Positions 1 through 9,105 of a stretch of DNA of 64,000 nucleotides are shown here, in pieces. The DNA comes from Nitrosopumilus sp. (GTDB lineage: Archaea; Thermoproteota; Nitrososphaeria; Nitrososphaerales; Nitrosopumilaceae). The notes under the pieces were generated by a model. It had not been told where the DNA came from and did not search any database. It saw only the letters and a list, made by a program, of their open reading frames with translations. Location: the NCBI GenBank assembly GCA_965204345.1, contig OZ241981.1, positions 1,472,001-1,536,000 on the forward strand. The letters are read 5' to 3'. Each line of letters starts with the position of its first letter. Positions within the stretch are counted from its first letter, which is position 1. The translations under genes were made by a program, and so were the position numbers.

Positions 1-1993
1 CATTTGATGGATCGCCTATGCCTACATCATTTATCGATGAAACCCTATATGTGTACTGAGAACTTGCTATCAAATTTTTATGCGAATACTTGGTTGCAGT
101 ACTTTTCGTATCATCCACTATTGGACTAAATGAACCGTTGTCTATTTTTACTTCAATTTTGTAACCCAGAATTTCAGAATTCCCATCTTCTGCTGGCGGA
201 CTCCATGCTAAGTCAATTTGGGTAGATGAGGTACCACTCGCAGTTAATTTTATTGGAGATGTAGGAACTGTCTTCTGAACTACAGTTGATTTTATTGATT
301 CTTCTGTAGTATCTTCTGAGTCGTCTCTTGGAGTGGCTGATGCTGATATTGATTCATCAGTGGAACCAATTCCCAGTTTTGCACTAACTACGTATGTGTA
401 TTTTTTATCAGTCTCCAAGTTTGGTACAGTAAATGTGGTTGTTTTACTGTCAGTATCTCCAATAATACTATAGACATCTTGCTTATTTTCACGTTTAATG
501 TCATAACCGGTAATTGTTTGCCCAAAAGTTTCAGATGGTGGCAACCAAGAAAGCTTAATTTGAGTTGGCGAAATTGGAGTTGCAGTCAAAGCTGCCGGTT
601 CTCTTGTATGTCCAGGTTTTGTTGAAGCACTTGATGATGTACTTGTACCTTCTGAATTAATTGAATAAACGCGATAAGAGTATGTTTCACTGGAATCCAA
701 TCCCTCATGAATAAACGATGTTGCACTGCTTGCAGTATTGTTATTTATTGTGGTATAACTTCCTGAGCCCATTTTATACTCAATTTTATATCCTGAAATT
801 GATGGAATACCCTCAGCCATTTCTGGTTCGTCCCATGAAGCTATTATTGAGGTTGGGGAAACTGGTGTTGCCTTTAGATTGTCTGGTCTGTCTGGAAGTA
901 AAACAACTGGCCCTGGATTTAGATTAAATACCTGAATCCTATTATTCTTTGAATCTGCAACATACAAAAAATCATTAGTTTTATCTAATGCAATTCCAGT
1001 TGGGGTATCAAATTCCCCATTATCTGATCCTGATGTTCCAAACTCTTCGACAAAACATACTCCGTTAATTATCTCTACCATTCCACTTGGACAGGTATTT
1101 GCATTTACAATCTCAAAGATCTGAATCCTATCATTGTTTGTATCTGCCACGTATAACAAATCATTGGATAAATCAAACGCTAACCCTGTTGGATTATCAA
1201 ATTTGCCCTTGTCATTTCCTGATGATCCAAACTCTTCGACAAAACATACTCCGTCTGCTGCTTTTACTGTATCATCTGGACAAGTATTTCCTGTCACTAG
1301 TTCAAAGACAACAATCCTATCTTTGCCTGAATCTGCAACATACAATTTTTCCTCTGAATCATCAATTATCATGTTTGTTAGATTTTCAAAACTATCATTT
1401 CCGTTAAACGAATCAAAGTTAACCAGAAAGTTTTCATCCTTATCAAAAACTGATATGGAATCTTTTTCTATGTTTGAAACAAGTATCTTTTTTGTTGAAT
1501 CCTGTACTACTATTCCTTTAGCAGAGCCTAGATACTCATCTACTCCAGAATCTGATGAACCAAATTCACGTTGAAATTTACCCTTGTCATCAAACACTTG
1601 AATCCTGTTATTATCTGAATCTACTACAAAAAATTCTTTTAATGCATCCTCCCTTGCAATGCTAATTGGGTTGTTAAATTGTCCTTCCCCATCCCTACTT
1701 GCTCCACTTGCATCATTGTTACAATCTTGAATTTTTGCAATGTCACAAAATGTTCCATATTTAAAGTCATGATCTCCGTTCTTCTCAAATACATTAATTC
1801 TGTTATTGTTACTATCAACTACATAGACCTTATTTGATCTTTTATCTAGTATTACATCTGTAGGATTGTTCAGATTATCGTTTCCTGTGCCAGTTGAACC
1901 AAATTCCAACGAAAATTCAGGCTCTGCATAGGCTACTTGAACTAGTGCTATACAAAGCGTAACGAGTAAACTGAAGATTATTTTATCTTTCAA
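1..1993 (-). CDS. Secreted NHL-repeat beta-propeller / fibronectin type III domain surface protein (partial, runs off the left edge)
   Basis: Manual translation from TTG at 1993: MKDKIIFSLLVTLCIALVQVAYAEPEFSLEFGSTGTGNDNLNNPTDV..., a signal peptide followed by NHL repeats (GQFNNPISIA..VVDSDNNRIQVF; GEFDTPTGIALD..YVADSKNNRIQVF) and FN3 repeats (LSWDEP..ISGYKIE..YSYRVYSINSEG). Missing from the ORF track because it has no stop in the window. Confidence 0.85.
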   Translation of the reverse strand, partial: MKDKIIFSLLVTLCIALVQVAYAEPEFSLEFGSTGTGNDNLNNPTDVILDKRSNKVYVVDSNNNRINVFEKNGDHDFKYGTFCDIAKIQDCNNDASGASRDGEGQFNNPISIAREDALKEFFVVDSDNNRIQVFDDKGKFQREFGSSDSGVDEYLGSAKGIVVQDSTKKILVSNIEKDSISVFDKDENFLVNFDSFNGNDSFENLTNMIIDDSEEKLYVADSGKDRIVVFELVTGNTCPDDTVKAADGVCFVEEFGSSGNDKGKFDNPTGLAFDLSNDLLYVADTNNDRIQIFEIVNANTCPSGMVEIINGVCFVEEFGTSGSDNGEFDTPTGIALDKTNDFLYVADSKNNRIQVFNLNPGPVVLLPDRPDNLKATPVSPTSIIASWDEPEMAEGIPSISGYKIEYKMGSGSYTTINNNTASSATSFIHEGLDSSETYSYRVYSINSEGTSTSSSASTKPGHTREPAALTATPISPTQIKLSWLPPSETFGQTITGYDIKRENKQDVYSIIGDTDSKTTTFTVPNLETDKKYTYVVSAKLGIGSTDESISASATPRDDSEDTTEESIKSTVVQKTVPTSPIKLTASGTSSTQIDLAWSPPAEDGNSEILGYKIEVKIDNGSFSPIVDDTKSTATKYSHKNLIASSQYTYRVSSINDVGIGDPSN

Positions 1994-2091
1994 CGTATAA
2001 TTTTTCCAGCAGAATTGAATTTAATAAACTGAATGATAAATTTACCTACCCATTTGATCAACTGAGATTTACTTTAATTCGTGATTTTTAT

Positions 2092-3051
2092 CTAAATTTT
2101 GATATATTTTCTAGTCTTGAAAACTATGATTGCAGGAATTCCCACATACATTCCCAGATTCATCACAATAACTCCAATTCCATATGATAGCACTTCTGAG
2201 TCAGATTCTGCATATTGCATTAGATATAGGGTAGACAACATTGGAGTAATTGAGAATTTAACCATTTCCTTGAATGCTGGATTTTCTCTTTGCATGTCTG
2301 CAATGTATGGTGAGAATGAATAGTACAATTGGTTAAATCCACTCATAAATGAAACACCCGAATCTGTCTTCATTAGTTGATTATCTCTGATTTCTCTGAG
2401 TAACTGAACTTGTGGTGCCATCTCTGAATCATATGCAGCTGTTGCAATCAAACAACCTCCTCCTCCTCTTCCTCCAGAATTATCTATAATCATACACATT
2501 CCATCAACAAGATCTGTTCCTTTTCCACATTCTCCAACTTCCGGTTCTCCAACTTTTGGTTTCATAACTTCCCGTTCCATAACTTCCGATTCCATAACTT
2601 CTGGTACTTCCGGTTCTCCAACTTTTGGTTCTTCCAACCCTACTGCATGATAAATTGAGTCATATTCTGGATATGTATTATCAAACCACTCTTTGTAGAT
2701 ATCCTCCGTATTGTATCTGTCAACATAGCTCTGTGCGTCTTTGGATTCATCTACAAACGGTGCAGGAACCGGCAGTGGTTCTTCCAACCCTACTGCATGA
2801 TAAATTGAGTCATATTCCGGATATGTATTATCAAACCACTCTTTGTAGATATCCTCCGTATTGTATCTGTCAACATAGCTCTGTGCGTCTTTGGATTCAT
2901 CTACAAACGGTGCAATTCCTAACTCTTTTGCTTCTGCTGCTACATTGGCATAATTTGGAACCACCATTAATACAAGTAATGAACATACTGCGAATAGTCC
3001 TAATTTTGTTCTCATAATGATGATTGTACGATTTAGACTTTTAAAAAACAC
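2092..3051 (-). CDS. CFI-box-CTERM domain surface protein with a duplicated ~46-aa domain
   Basis: Signal peptide, then GGGGCLIATAAYDSEMAPQVQLLREIRDN...FNQLYYSFSP and a C-terminal TM helix, as in thaumarchaeal CFI-box proteins. Real start is probably the ATG at ~3015-3018. Confidence 0.85.
   Translation of the reverse strand: MFFKSLNRTIIIMRTKLGLFAVCSLLVLMVVPNYANVAAEAKELGIAPFVDESKDAQSYVDRYNTEDIYKEWFDNTYPEYDSIYHAVGLEEPLPVPAPFVDESKDAQSYVDRYNTEDIYKEWFDNTYPEYDSIYHAVGLEEPKVGEPEVPEVMESEVMEREVMKPKVGEPEVGECGKGTDLVDGMCMIIDNSGGRGGGGCLIATAAYDSEMAPQVQLLREIRDNQLMKTDSGVSFMSGFNQLYYSFSPYIADMQRENPAFKEMVKFSITPMLSTLYLMQYAESDSEVLSYGIGVIVMNLGMYVGIPAIIVFKTRKYIKI
2626..2914. repeat. Near-identical 139-bp direct repeat (period 150) inside the CFI-box gene
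   Basis: 2626-2764 and 2776-2914 differ at one position seen (catattctgg/catattccgg). Encodes APFVDESKDAQSYVDRYNTEDIYKEWFDNTYPEYDSIYHAVGLEEP twice. Confidence 0.95.
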
Positions 3052-3094
3052 GTATAATTTGTTCTATAAACTTGCAAAGAAATCTTTACCAACT

Positions 3095-3514
3095 TTACAG
3101 ATCAAGTAAGAATCTCATATAGGTTTCCTTGTCTTCTTGCCTTATTTCCATGTCATAAAATGTTGGGGCTTTGATCTCTACTTTGAAATTATGTTTTACC
3201 ACATCTAATGGCTCACCAAATGCCCTGGCATTAATTACGTATCCGTTCTCTTCTTTGATCTCAAACTCTGTTCTTCTTATTGCAAAACCTTCTGTGATTA
3301 GAACAAATGAAATTTCTTCCAACCAACTAAACAAGAGATATCTCAAATCTTTTCCACTTGCAGAAAATTCCTTTTGATCTTTTTCTTCTATTTTGTCTTG
3401 GTCTAGTGTTAGGCTGATTTCTGCATCTGCTGCTACTGCAAATGCTTCCTTGAGGTTTTTGGCTGTAACCTCAATTATTGCATCTGTTGCATGATCTAGA
3501 AATTTGTAACTCAA
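3095..3514 (-). CDS. Archease (RtcB tRNA ligase cofactor)
   Basis: YKFLDHATDAIIEV N-terminus, EIKAPTF motif and C-terminal LDL. Confidence 0.92.
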   Translation of the reverse strand: MSYKFLDHATDAIIEVTAKNLKEAFAVAADAEISLTLDQDKIEEKDQKEFSASGKDLRYLLFSWLEEISFVLITEGFAIRRTEFEIKEENGYVINARAFGEPLDVVKHNFKVEIKAPTFYDMEIRQEDKETYMRFLLDL

Positions 3515-3845
3515 TTATAATTTTGTAGTCTTTGTTGATTATTAATTTAGATGGTTTACTCTGCTTTCTCATCTATTTTTATAATGCCAAACATCTGCCT
3601 TTAGTATTTGTGCATTGTGCAAACTATCCAGTCTTGGGAATTTCTATTTGGGAATAGGTAACTGTCTTCTGTTCTCTACAATCTTTTCTGAGAACAACAA
3701 GTGAAAAACAATAATTCCAAATGCCTTGCTACACAAGGCTACAAAATGAGATCTCAAAGAGGCTACAGAATCCCATAATTTGGGAACTGTCAAACTATAT
3801 TTTTAAATAAAAATAAAAAAATAATTCCAACTAGTGTTAGAAAGA

Positions 3846-4586
3846 TTATTTCATTCGTACAATGTCAATCTTGACTGCTGGGTTACCCCATGCATGAACA
3901 CTTTTCAGTAAATCATTATCACCCATTATGCCTGGATGTGGAATGACTACTCCACCCTCTGCAATTGCGTCATTACTTGCACCTGTTCCTTCATCACCAT
4001 TATCTGAAGAAATTCCAATAGCTCCTTGACAGGGAGGAACCAAGTCTGCAAAGTTTTCTGTATTCATTTCAGTTCTTGCATCATATGCTTTTGCGTAAAC
4101 TGTTTTTTGGTTAATTGGAAGTCTGATTGTATCAGCTCCTGCAAAACCATCATTTGTACAAACCAACATGCTTGCAAATGAAAGATATCTCATGTTACCC
4201 TCAGATGACACGATAAACGTCTCTGAATGACTCAAGCCTGTATTTCCAGGATCATTTGCTGGAACTAGAGGAGCTTCACCTTGAACAATACTCAAAACAC
4301 CTGATTTATCTTGGAGCATTTTGACTAGCGGTTCTGAATTTCCGTTTTCAACCAACTGCTGAACGTTATCACTTGCCATCTCACCTACTGTAAAAAATCC
4401 CGCATTCATAGAATGTGTAACTAGCAATGGTGGAGTGATTGGTTGTCCTGGTGTGAGATTTGTAATTGTAACCTCATACATCTTTGTTTTTGCAGCACTA
4501 GACTCGGGTATTCCTGATACACTTACAACAGCTAACATTGCAACTATTGCAGTTATTGCAAGAACACTTGTCTGCTTTGTTTTCAT
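3846..4586 (-). CDS. Secreted spondin_N domain protein
   Basis: Signal peptide; YEVTITNLTPGQPITPPLLVTH, LVENGNSEPL, SFASMLVCTNDGFAG, YDARTEMN are characteristic of prokaryotic spondin_N proteins. Confidence 0.85.
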   Translation of the reverse strand: MKTKQTSVLAITAIVAMLAVVSVSGIPESSAAKTKMYEVTITNLTPGQPITPPLLVTHSMNAGFFTVGEMASDNVQQLVENGNSEPLVKMLQDKSGVLSIVQGEAPLVPANDPGNTGLSHSETFIVSSEGNMRYLSFASMLVCTNDGFAGADTIRLPINQKTVYAKAYDARTEMNTENFADLVPPCQGAIGISSDNGDEGTGASNDAIAEGGVVIPHPGIMGDNDLLKSVHAWGNPAVKIDIVRMK

Positions 4587-4624
4587 CAAGATTATGACCC
4601 TGAAAAATCACCTTAAGTGTTTGC

Positions 4625-4642
4625 CCACTTTATACCCCAATC
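4625..4642 (-). promoter_or_regulatory. Shared upstream motif, copy 1 (spondin gene)
   Basis: Minus-strand GATTGGGGTATAAAGTGG, 56-39 nt upstream of ATG 4586 and just upstream of a TTAA TATA-like element. Confidence 0.65.
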
Positions 4643-4651
4643 CTACCTGAG

Positions 4652-4954
4652 TTATCTTCTGGTAATCCAGACAAGAACTGATAATCCAATTGTTTGAATT
4701 ACATTTATTGCAAATAAATAATGTGACACCATGTCAGCTGATACCATTAATGCTTTATTGTGCATGTATAGCGTAGGCCAGAATAAAATAATCACAATAT
4801 TTTGTAGCATTAATAGTGATGCAACCAATACTAGGCCTGAAGTATAGTATGATCTAATGACTCTCATGTTTTGGACATAGGTTCCAATCACAACTAGTAG
4901 TAATGCAATGTTGAGAAATGCAGATATAACTGCAGCGAGCATAAAGTCTATCAT
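4652..4954 (-). CDS. Small three-TM membrane protein, partner of the adjacent wHTH regulator
   Basis: Three hydrophobic segments; directly downstream of the ArsR-like gene. Confidence 0.7.
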   Translation of the reverse strand: MIDFMLAAVISAFLNIALLLVVIGTYVQNMRVIRSYYTSGLVLVASLLMLQNIVIILFWPTLYMHNKALMVSADMVSHYLFAINVIQTIGLSVLVWITRR

Positions 4955-4981
4955 GACTCTTTGCCTCTAAAATTCATTAAT

Positions 4982-5257
4982 TTACTTTGTTCCAATTTTT
5001 TTCATAATCTCTTCTAAAACATTTTGATTCTCTTTCATAATCTGTGTTAATTCATATTCTGCTGCATACTCTTTTTCAGCTTTGATTACAAGCTCATTTT
5101 TTGCAAGAATTTTTACATGATGGATTACTGTTTTATGATCTAAATTCAACACAGTTGCAATTTTGTTTGCATTCATTGGGGTATCCTTGACTAGATTGAG
5201 GATTTTTGCTCTGTTTATGCCTCCTCGGGTGCCTGCAATTATAGACCAAAGTATCAT
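4982..5257 (-). CDS. ArsR-type winged helix-turn-helix transcriptional regulator (start uncertain, 5257 up to ~5310)
   Basis: LWSIIAGTRGGINRAKILNLVKDTPMNANKIATVLNLDHKTVIHHVKILAKNELV matches the archaeal GTRGG-type wHTH family. Confidence 0.85.
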   Translation of the reverse strand: MILWSIIAGTRGGINRAKILNLVKDTPMNANKIATVLNLDHKTVIHHVKILAKNELVIKAEKEYAAEYELTQIMKENQNVLEEIMKKIGTK

Positions 5258-5435
5258 TTTGAATCTGGGATTTGGATTTGTTTCTCCATCTGTTTGCCCT
5301 GAGAATGAAAATAATCCCTTTGGAATAATATCTGAAAGTAAGAATGTTGGTAGGGTAATTGTTGCTGCAAACACTGATTTTTCAGATTTTGTGTAGGATA
5401 TAAGAAATTCCTTTTGAGGTTTTTTAGTAGTGTTT

Positions 5436-6482
5436 CTAAGGCGATAACTCTGCGCTTCCAAATAATACACCAAATGCTTTGCACCAAATCAGGACTTTGT
5501 TGTATTTGGTCAAGTCGGTGTCATCTGGAATTTCATAGTTCTGATTTCCATTATTTGCCTTGAGTTCTCCCAAGTTAACAAATTCTGATGCATTATCATC
5601 TGTTGATAAATAGACATACAAGTCTGGACCATTTGTTGATTTGAAATTCTCTAGTCTTAATACAGTACTTGTGTCTTCTAATGGTATTGTGTATGCATCT
5701 CCTTGTGCATCATGAACTCCATCACCAACACCGATGAATTTTCCTGTATAAGATATTGGAATGGTTTCTTTTACCATTTCATCTTCCATCATCATCATCT
5801 CCTCTTCCTCCATCATCATAGCATCATCTTCCATCATCATCATCTCCTCTTCCTCCATCATCATAGCATCATCTTCCATCATCATCATCTCCTCTTCCTC
5901 CATCATCATAGCATCATCTTCCATCATCATCATCTCCTCTTCCTCCATCATCATAGCATCATCTTCCATCATCATAGCATCATCTTCCATCATCATCATC
6001 TCCTCTTCCTCCATCATCATAGCATCATCTTCCATCATCATCATCTCCTCTTCCTCCATCATCATAGCATCATCTTCCATCATCATCATCTCCTCTTCCT
6101 CCATCATCATAGCATCATCTTCCATCATCATCATCTCCTCTTCCTCCATCATCATAGCATCATCTTCCATCATCATAGCATCATCTTCCATCATCATCAT
6201 CTCCTCTTCCTCCATCATCATAGCATCATCTTCCATCATCATCATCTCCTCTTCCTCCATCATCATAGCATCATCTTCCATCATCATCATCTCCTCTTCC
6301 TCCATCATCATAGCATCATCTTCCATCATCATCATCTCCTCTTCCTCCATCGTAGATTGACTAATTGCACCAGCTGGCAATGCCTCATCGATAGTTGATT
6401 CTGTAAAGTATGGGGATAATGCAAATGCTGAAACTGTTCCAACTATAATTACTGCAATAGCAATTCCAACTAGCTTATTCAT
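5436..6482 (-). CDS. Membrane-anchored DM13 domain protein with a long Met/Glu/Asp-rich repeat linker
   Basis: N-terminal TM/signal, P-Y-F-x(5)-DEALP, then the repeat, then DM13 (GKFIGVGDGVHDAQG, LRLENFKSTNGPDLYVYLS, LGELKANNGNQNYEIP, VLIWCKAFGVLFGSAEL). Confidence 0.92.
   Translation of the reverse strand: MNKLVGIAIAVIIVGTVSAFALSPYFTESTIDEALPAGAISQSTMEEEEMMMMEDDAMMMEEEEMMMMEDDAMMMEEEEMMMMEDDAMMMEEEEMMMMEDDAMMMEDDAMMMEEEEMMMMEDDAMMMEEEEMMMMEDDAMMMEEEEMMMMEDDAMMMEEEEMMMMEDDAMMMEDDAMMMEEEEMMMMEDDAMMMEEEEMMMMEDDAMMMEEEEMMMMEDDAMMMEEEEMMMMEDEMVKETIPISYTGKFIGVGDGVHDAQGDAYTIPLEDTSTVLRLENFKSTNGPDLYVYLSTDDNASEFVNLGELKANNGNQNYEIPDDTDLTKYNKVLIWCKAFGVLFGSAELSP
5775..6350. repeat. Coding higher-order tandem repeat: 45-bp unit A (EEEEMMMMEDDAMMM) and 21-bp unit B (EDDAMMM), arranged A4-B-A4-B-A3-partial A
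   Basis: Read directly from DNA and protein; units appear identical at nucleotide level. Confidence 0.95.
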
Positions 6483-6518
6483 GATTGAATCCTATGTTCT
6501 TGGTATATAGTGCATTTT

Positions 6519-6536
6519 CCACTTTTGACCCCAATC
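6519..6536 (-). promoter_or_regulatory. Shared upstream motif, copy 2 (DM13 gene)
   Basis: Minus-strand GATTGGGGTCAAAAGTGG, 16/18 identical to copy 1, 54-37 nt upstream of ATG 6482, followed by a TATATA box at 6509-6504. Confidence 0.65.
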
Positions 6537-6596
6537 TTTAGACACTAATATGCTTACCAGTAAGGTAATTTAGTGAGGGTTTAATCTCAAAATCAA

Positions 6597-7145
6597 ATGG
6601 AACCATTTGATTCGTTGATTCCTTGGATTACTAATTTTTTAGGTGATCATCTCTATGAAGGTGTATTTTTGGCAGCTTTGCTTGAGACAATAATTCCTCC
6701 TATTCCCACACTAGCGATATTTCCAACTGCTGGATTCTTGGCATCTCAACAAGGAATTATATTAATTGGATTAATACCGATGATTATCTTTGGTGCTAGT
6801 GGTGCTACTGTTGGAAATATTGTAATTTATCTAATAGCACTAAAACTAGGACGGGTTGTTTTACTTCGCTATCTGAAATATGTCAGGATTTCAGAAAAAA
6901 AATTAGGCAGAGTCGAAGTTTGGTTTGAAAAATATGGTGACAAGGCAGTATTTTTGGGAAGGATGGTTCCTGTAATGCGAGAGATGATTTCAGTTCCTGC
7001 AGGATTATTAAAAATGAAATTTCTAAAATTTGTATTATACACATTTGCGGGTTCATGTGTTTGGGCTACTGCAACTATTTTGGCAGGATATTATTTTGGT
7101 GAAGCAATAGGTCTTACCACTAGCGCTTTGGAATCATTACCTTAA
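6597..7145 (+). CDS. DedA family membrane protein
   Basis: LETIIPPIP, AGFLA, WFEKYGDKAVFLGRMVPVMREMISVPAG. Confidence 0.92.
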   Translation: MEPFDSLIPWITNFLGDHLYEGVFLAALLETIIPPIPTLAIFPTAGFLASQQGIILIGLIPMIIFGASGATVGNIVIYLIALKLGRVVLLRYLKYVRISEKKLGRVEVWFEKYGDKAVFLGRMVPVMREMISVPAGLLKMKFLKFVLYTFAGSCVWATATILAGYYFGEAIGLTTSALESLP

Positions 7146-7362
7146 ATATCATAAACACCATATGTACATTAACGTCCTATGCTTAGCTGGATGGTTTCCA
7201 GGGATTCTTCAATACTCCCCTAATAGTTGAAGAATTTCTGTTTATTTTTTTATCTAGTATCTGAAATTTTGCCCTTTGCATTTTTTTATCCTAATTCTTT
7301 AATTCCTTTCTTTGCAGTATAGTCAATATTTCCATGATCCATCCATGATTCATAAAGTCATA

Positions 7363-8154
7363 CTAAAAACTTCCTAGTGTTTTTTGTTTTTTCTCATCCC
7401 AAACCAAGTCTTGCATTCCTAATTGCATCCTTAGTGAATTAGCAGTATCTGCTGCAAATCCTTCCAAGTGATTGTTGGCCATTACCATTGCTAATGGAAT
7501 ATTTTTAATCTCTTTGAGTTTTTTTGCCCAGTTTACGATCAATTCTTTTTTATTTTTTGTAACTTTTCCAAATTCTGAATCTGGAATTGAGCGGTCTCCA
7601 ATCAATCTAACGTAGAGATAATCCGTTGTAATTGGCATTGGATTATTCACTCCTGTAACTTCATTCCATACAAGACAGTGTTTGTTTTGTTTTAGATATG
7701 TTATGGCCTCATCTGAAAACCATGATTGATGTCTTCCCTCAATTGGATATACAAAATCTTTGGGAAGCATATCAAATAGTTCTCCTAGTCTTGGTTTTGC
7801 CTCTTCAAATGATAATGATGGGGGCAATTGCAAAACCAAAGCTGAAATCTTTTCATGAATTGGAACTAGTGATGATAAAAATGAGAAAATTTCTGAATTT
7901 ACTCCATCTAGCCTCTTTTCGTGCGTAATTGTGGATGGAAATTTTGCTGTAAATTTGAAATGCCTTGGTGTATCTGCATTCCACCGCCTAACTATTTCTT
8001 GTGCGGGAATTCTGTAAAATGTGGAATTTATCTCTGTAATACTAAAAAGCTGAGAATAATATTTCAGCCATTGAGAACTCTTTAGATTTTTGGGATAAAA
8101 AGTTCCTGACCATCCCTGATAGCTCCATCCCGTACATCCAATTTTGAATTCCAT
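7363..8154 (-). CDS. DUF72 family protein
   Basis: IGCTGWSY, EINSTFYRIP, ITHEKRL, QLPPS, EGRHQSW, YVRLIG. Confidence 0.92.
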   Translation of the reverse strand: MEFKIGCTGWSYQGWSGTFYPKNLKSSQWLKYYSQLFSITEINSTFYRIPAQEIVRRWNADTPRHFKFTAKFPSTITHEKRLDGVNSEIFSFLSSLVPIHEKISALVLQLPPSLSFEEAKPRLGELFDMLPKDFVYPIEGRHQSWFSDEAITYLKQNKHCLVWNEVTGVNNPMPITTDYLYVRLIGDRSIPDSEFGKVTKNKKELIVNWAKKLKEIKNIPLAMVMANNHLEGFAADTANSLRMQLGMQDLVWDEKKQKTLGSF

Positions 8155-8327
8155 AATGACATTTATTTTTGATTAGAACTTAAAATTCCTATTATTTTGA
8201 TGTCGTAGAATTGCTTAGATTTATGTATTAAGTGATCTTTGAAATTATTTTTTACATCTATTTTTCTTTCCAAAAGATTGGGTCGGTTGGAAAATTGGCC
8301 TAATATCAATATTGAAATTTTTATTCA

Positions 8328-9030
8328 ATGACGAACAAAATAGTTCCAGTCTTATTCATTATGACTGCTCTTATGAGATCTGCTACAGTAGAATCTGTAG
8401 AATTAATTCCAAATGCTGAAGCTCTTTAGCATAAAGGTAACAATATCTGTCTTCTTTGGAGAATCCAAACTGATACTTGGGATAATCCTGATAGTGCAGA
8501 TTTTCTAAGGACTGTAGGTGAGGTTACTAAAGAGCATCTGATGAAAAACTTGAAAATGGACTAGTAGCTGGGTTTGTGGTAAACTGTTCATTTGTTAAAG
8601 TGGATTCTAAGATGAATAAATGATGAAAGAGGATCACATGATGGATAACAGAGTGATCAAATCCAGTCACATGAAAGATGATTTGACTGCTTTTGTAGGC
8701 GATGCTCCATTTGGATGTAAAACTGTTGGAACCTACTTTATGGCAGTTCAAGCAAATGATCAAGTCAAAGTAGTCACAAACATCAAAAGCGTTTCATCAG
8801 GAATGGTTCTTGAAGGATGGCTTGTCGATGTGGATTCTGACTATAAGCTAAGAATTGGCAAAGCAAATCATAATGGAAAACTCTTCTCCTCACAACCAAT
8901 GGCAAATCCTGTATTTATGGTCCCAATTTTGTTAACAGAGGGAGACCAATAGGAGATACAAGCCCTGTGTCACCCGGCATGCCTGTTGGTGGAATCTCAC
9001 TTTTTATCCCCTTTGGACTCTGGTCCAATT
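8328..9030 (+). pseudogene. Degraded secreted protein gene (ORF 8620-8952 is an internal fragment)
   Basis: ATG 8328 gives a signal-like MTNKIVPVLFIMTALM...IPNAEAL then TAG. The later fragment has MMKEDHMM and GMVLEGWLVDVDSDYKL, and a frameshifted PIGDTSPVSPGMPVGG tail follows. The 3' end is approximate. Confidence 0.6.
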
Positions 9031-9062
9031 TCTTATTTTTATTGTATAATGATATATTTTCA

Positions 9063-9079
9063 ATTGGGGTCTGATTTGG
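9063..9079 (+). promoter_or_regulatory. Shared upstream motif, copy 3 (NDH-2 gene)
   Basis: ATTGGGGTCTGATTTGG beginning 56 nt upstream of the first repeated ATG (9119), followed by TTAATTAT at 9089-9096. Confidence 0.55.
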
Positions 9080-9105
9080 GATTTTGGTTAATTATCCGAG
9101 TTCTT

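Noticed and set aside
718-1574. Plus-strand ORFs 718-927, 1087-1407 and 1134-1574
   Set aside because: Antisense to the NHL/FN3 gene
5775-6350. 45-bp periodic repeats as CRISPR or non-coding satellite
   Set aside because: In-frame coding repeat with no unique spacers
5703-6398. Poly-His ORF (HHHHLLFLHHHSIIF)n and poly-Ser/Ile ORF on the + strand
   Set aside because: Antisense shadows of the ATG-rich repeat in the DM13 gene (ATG reads CAT); the minus frame carries the signal anchor and DM13 domain
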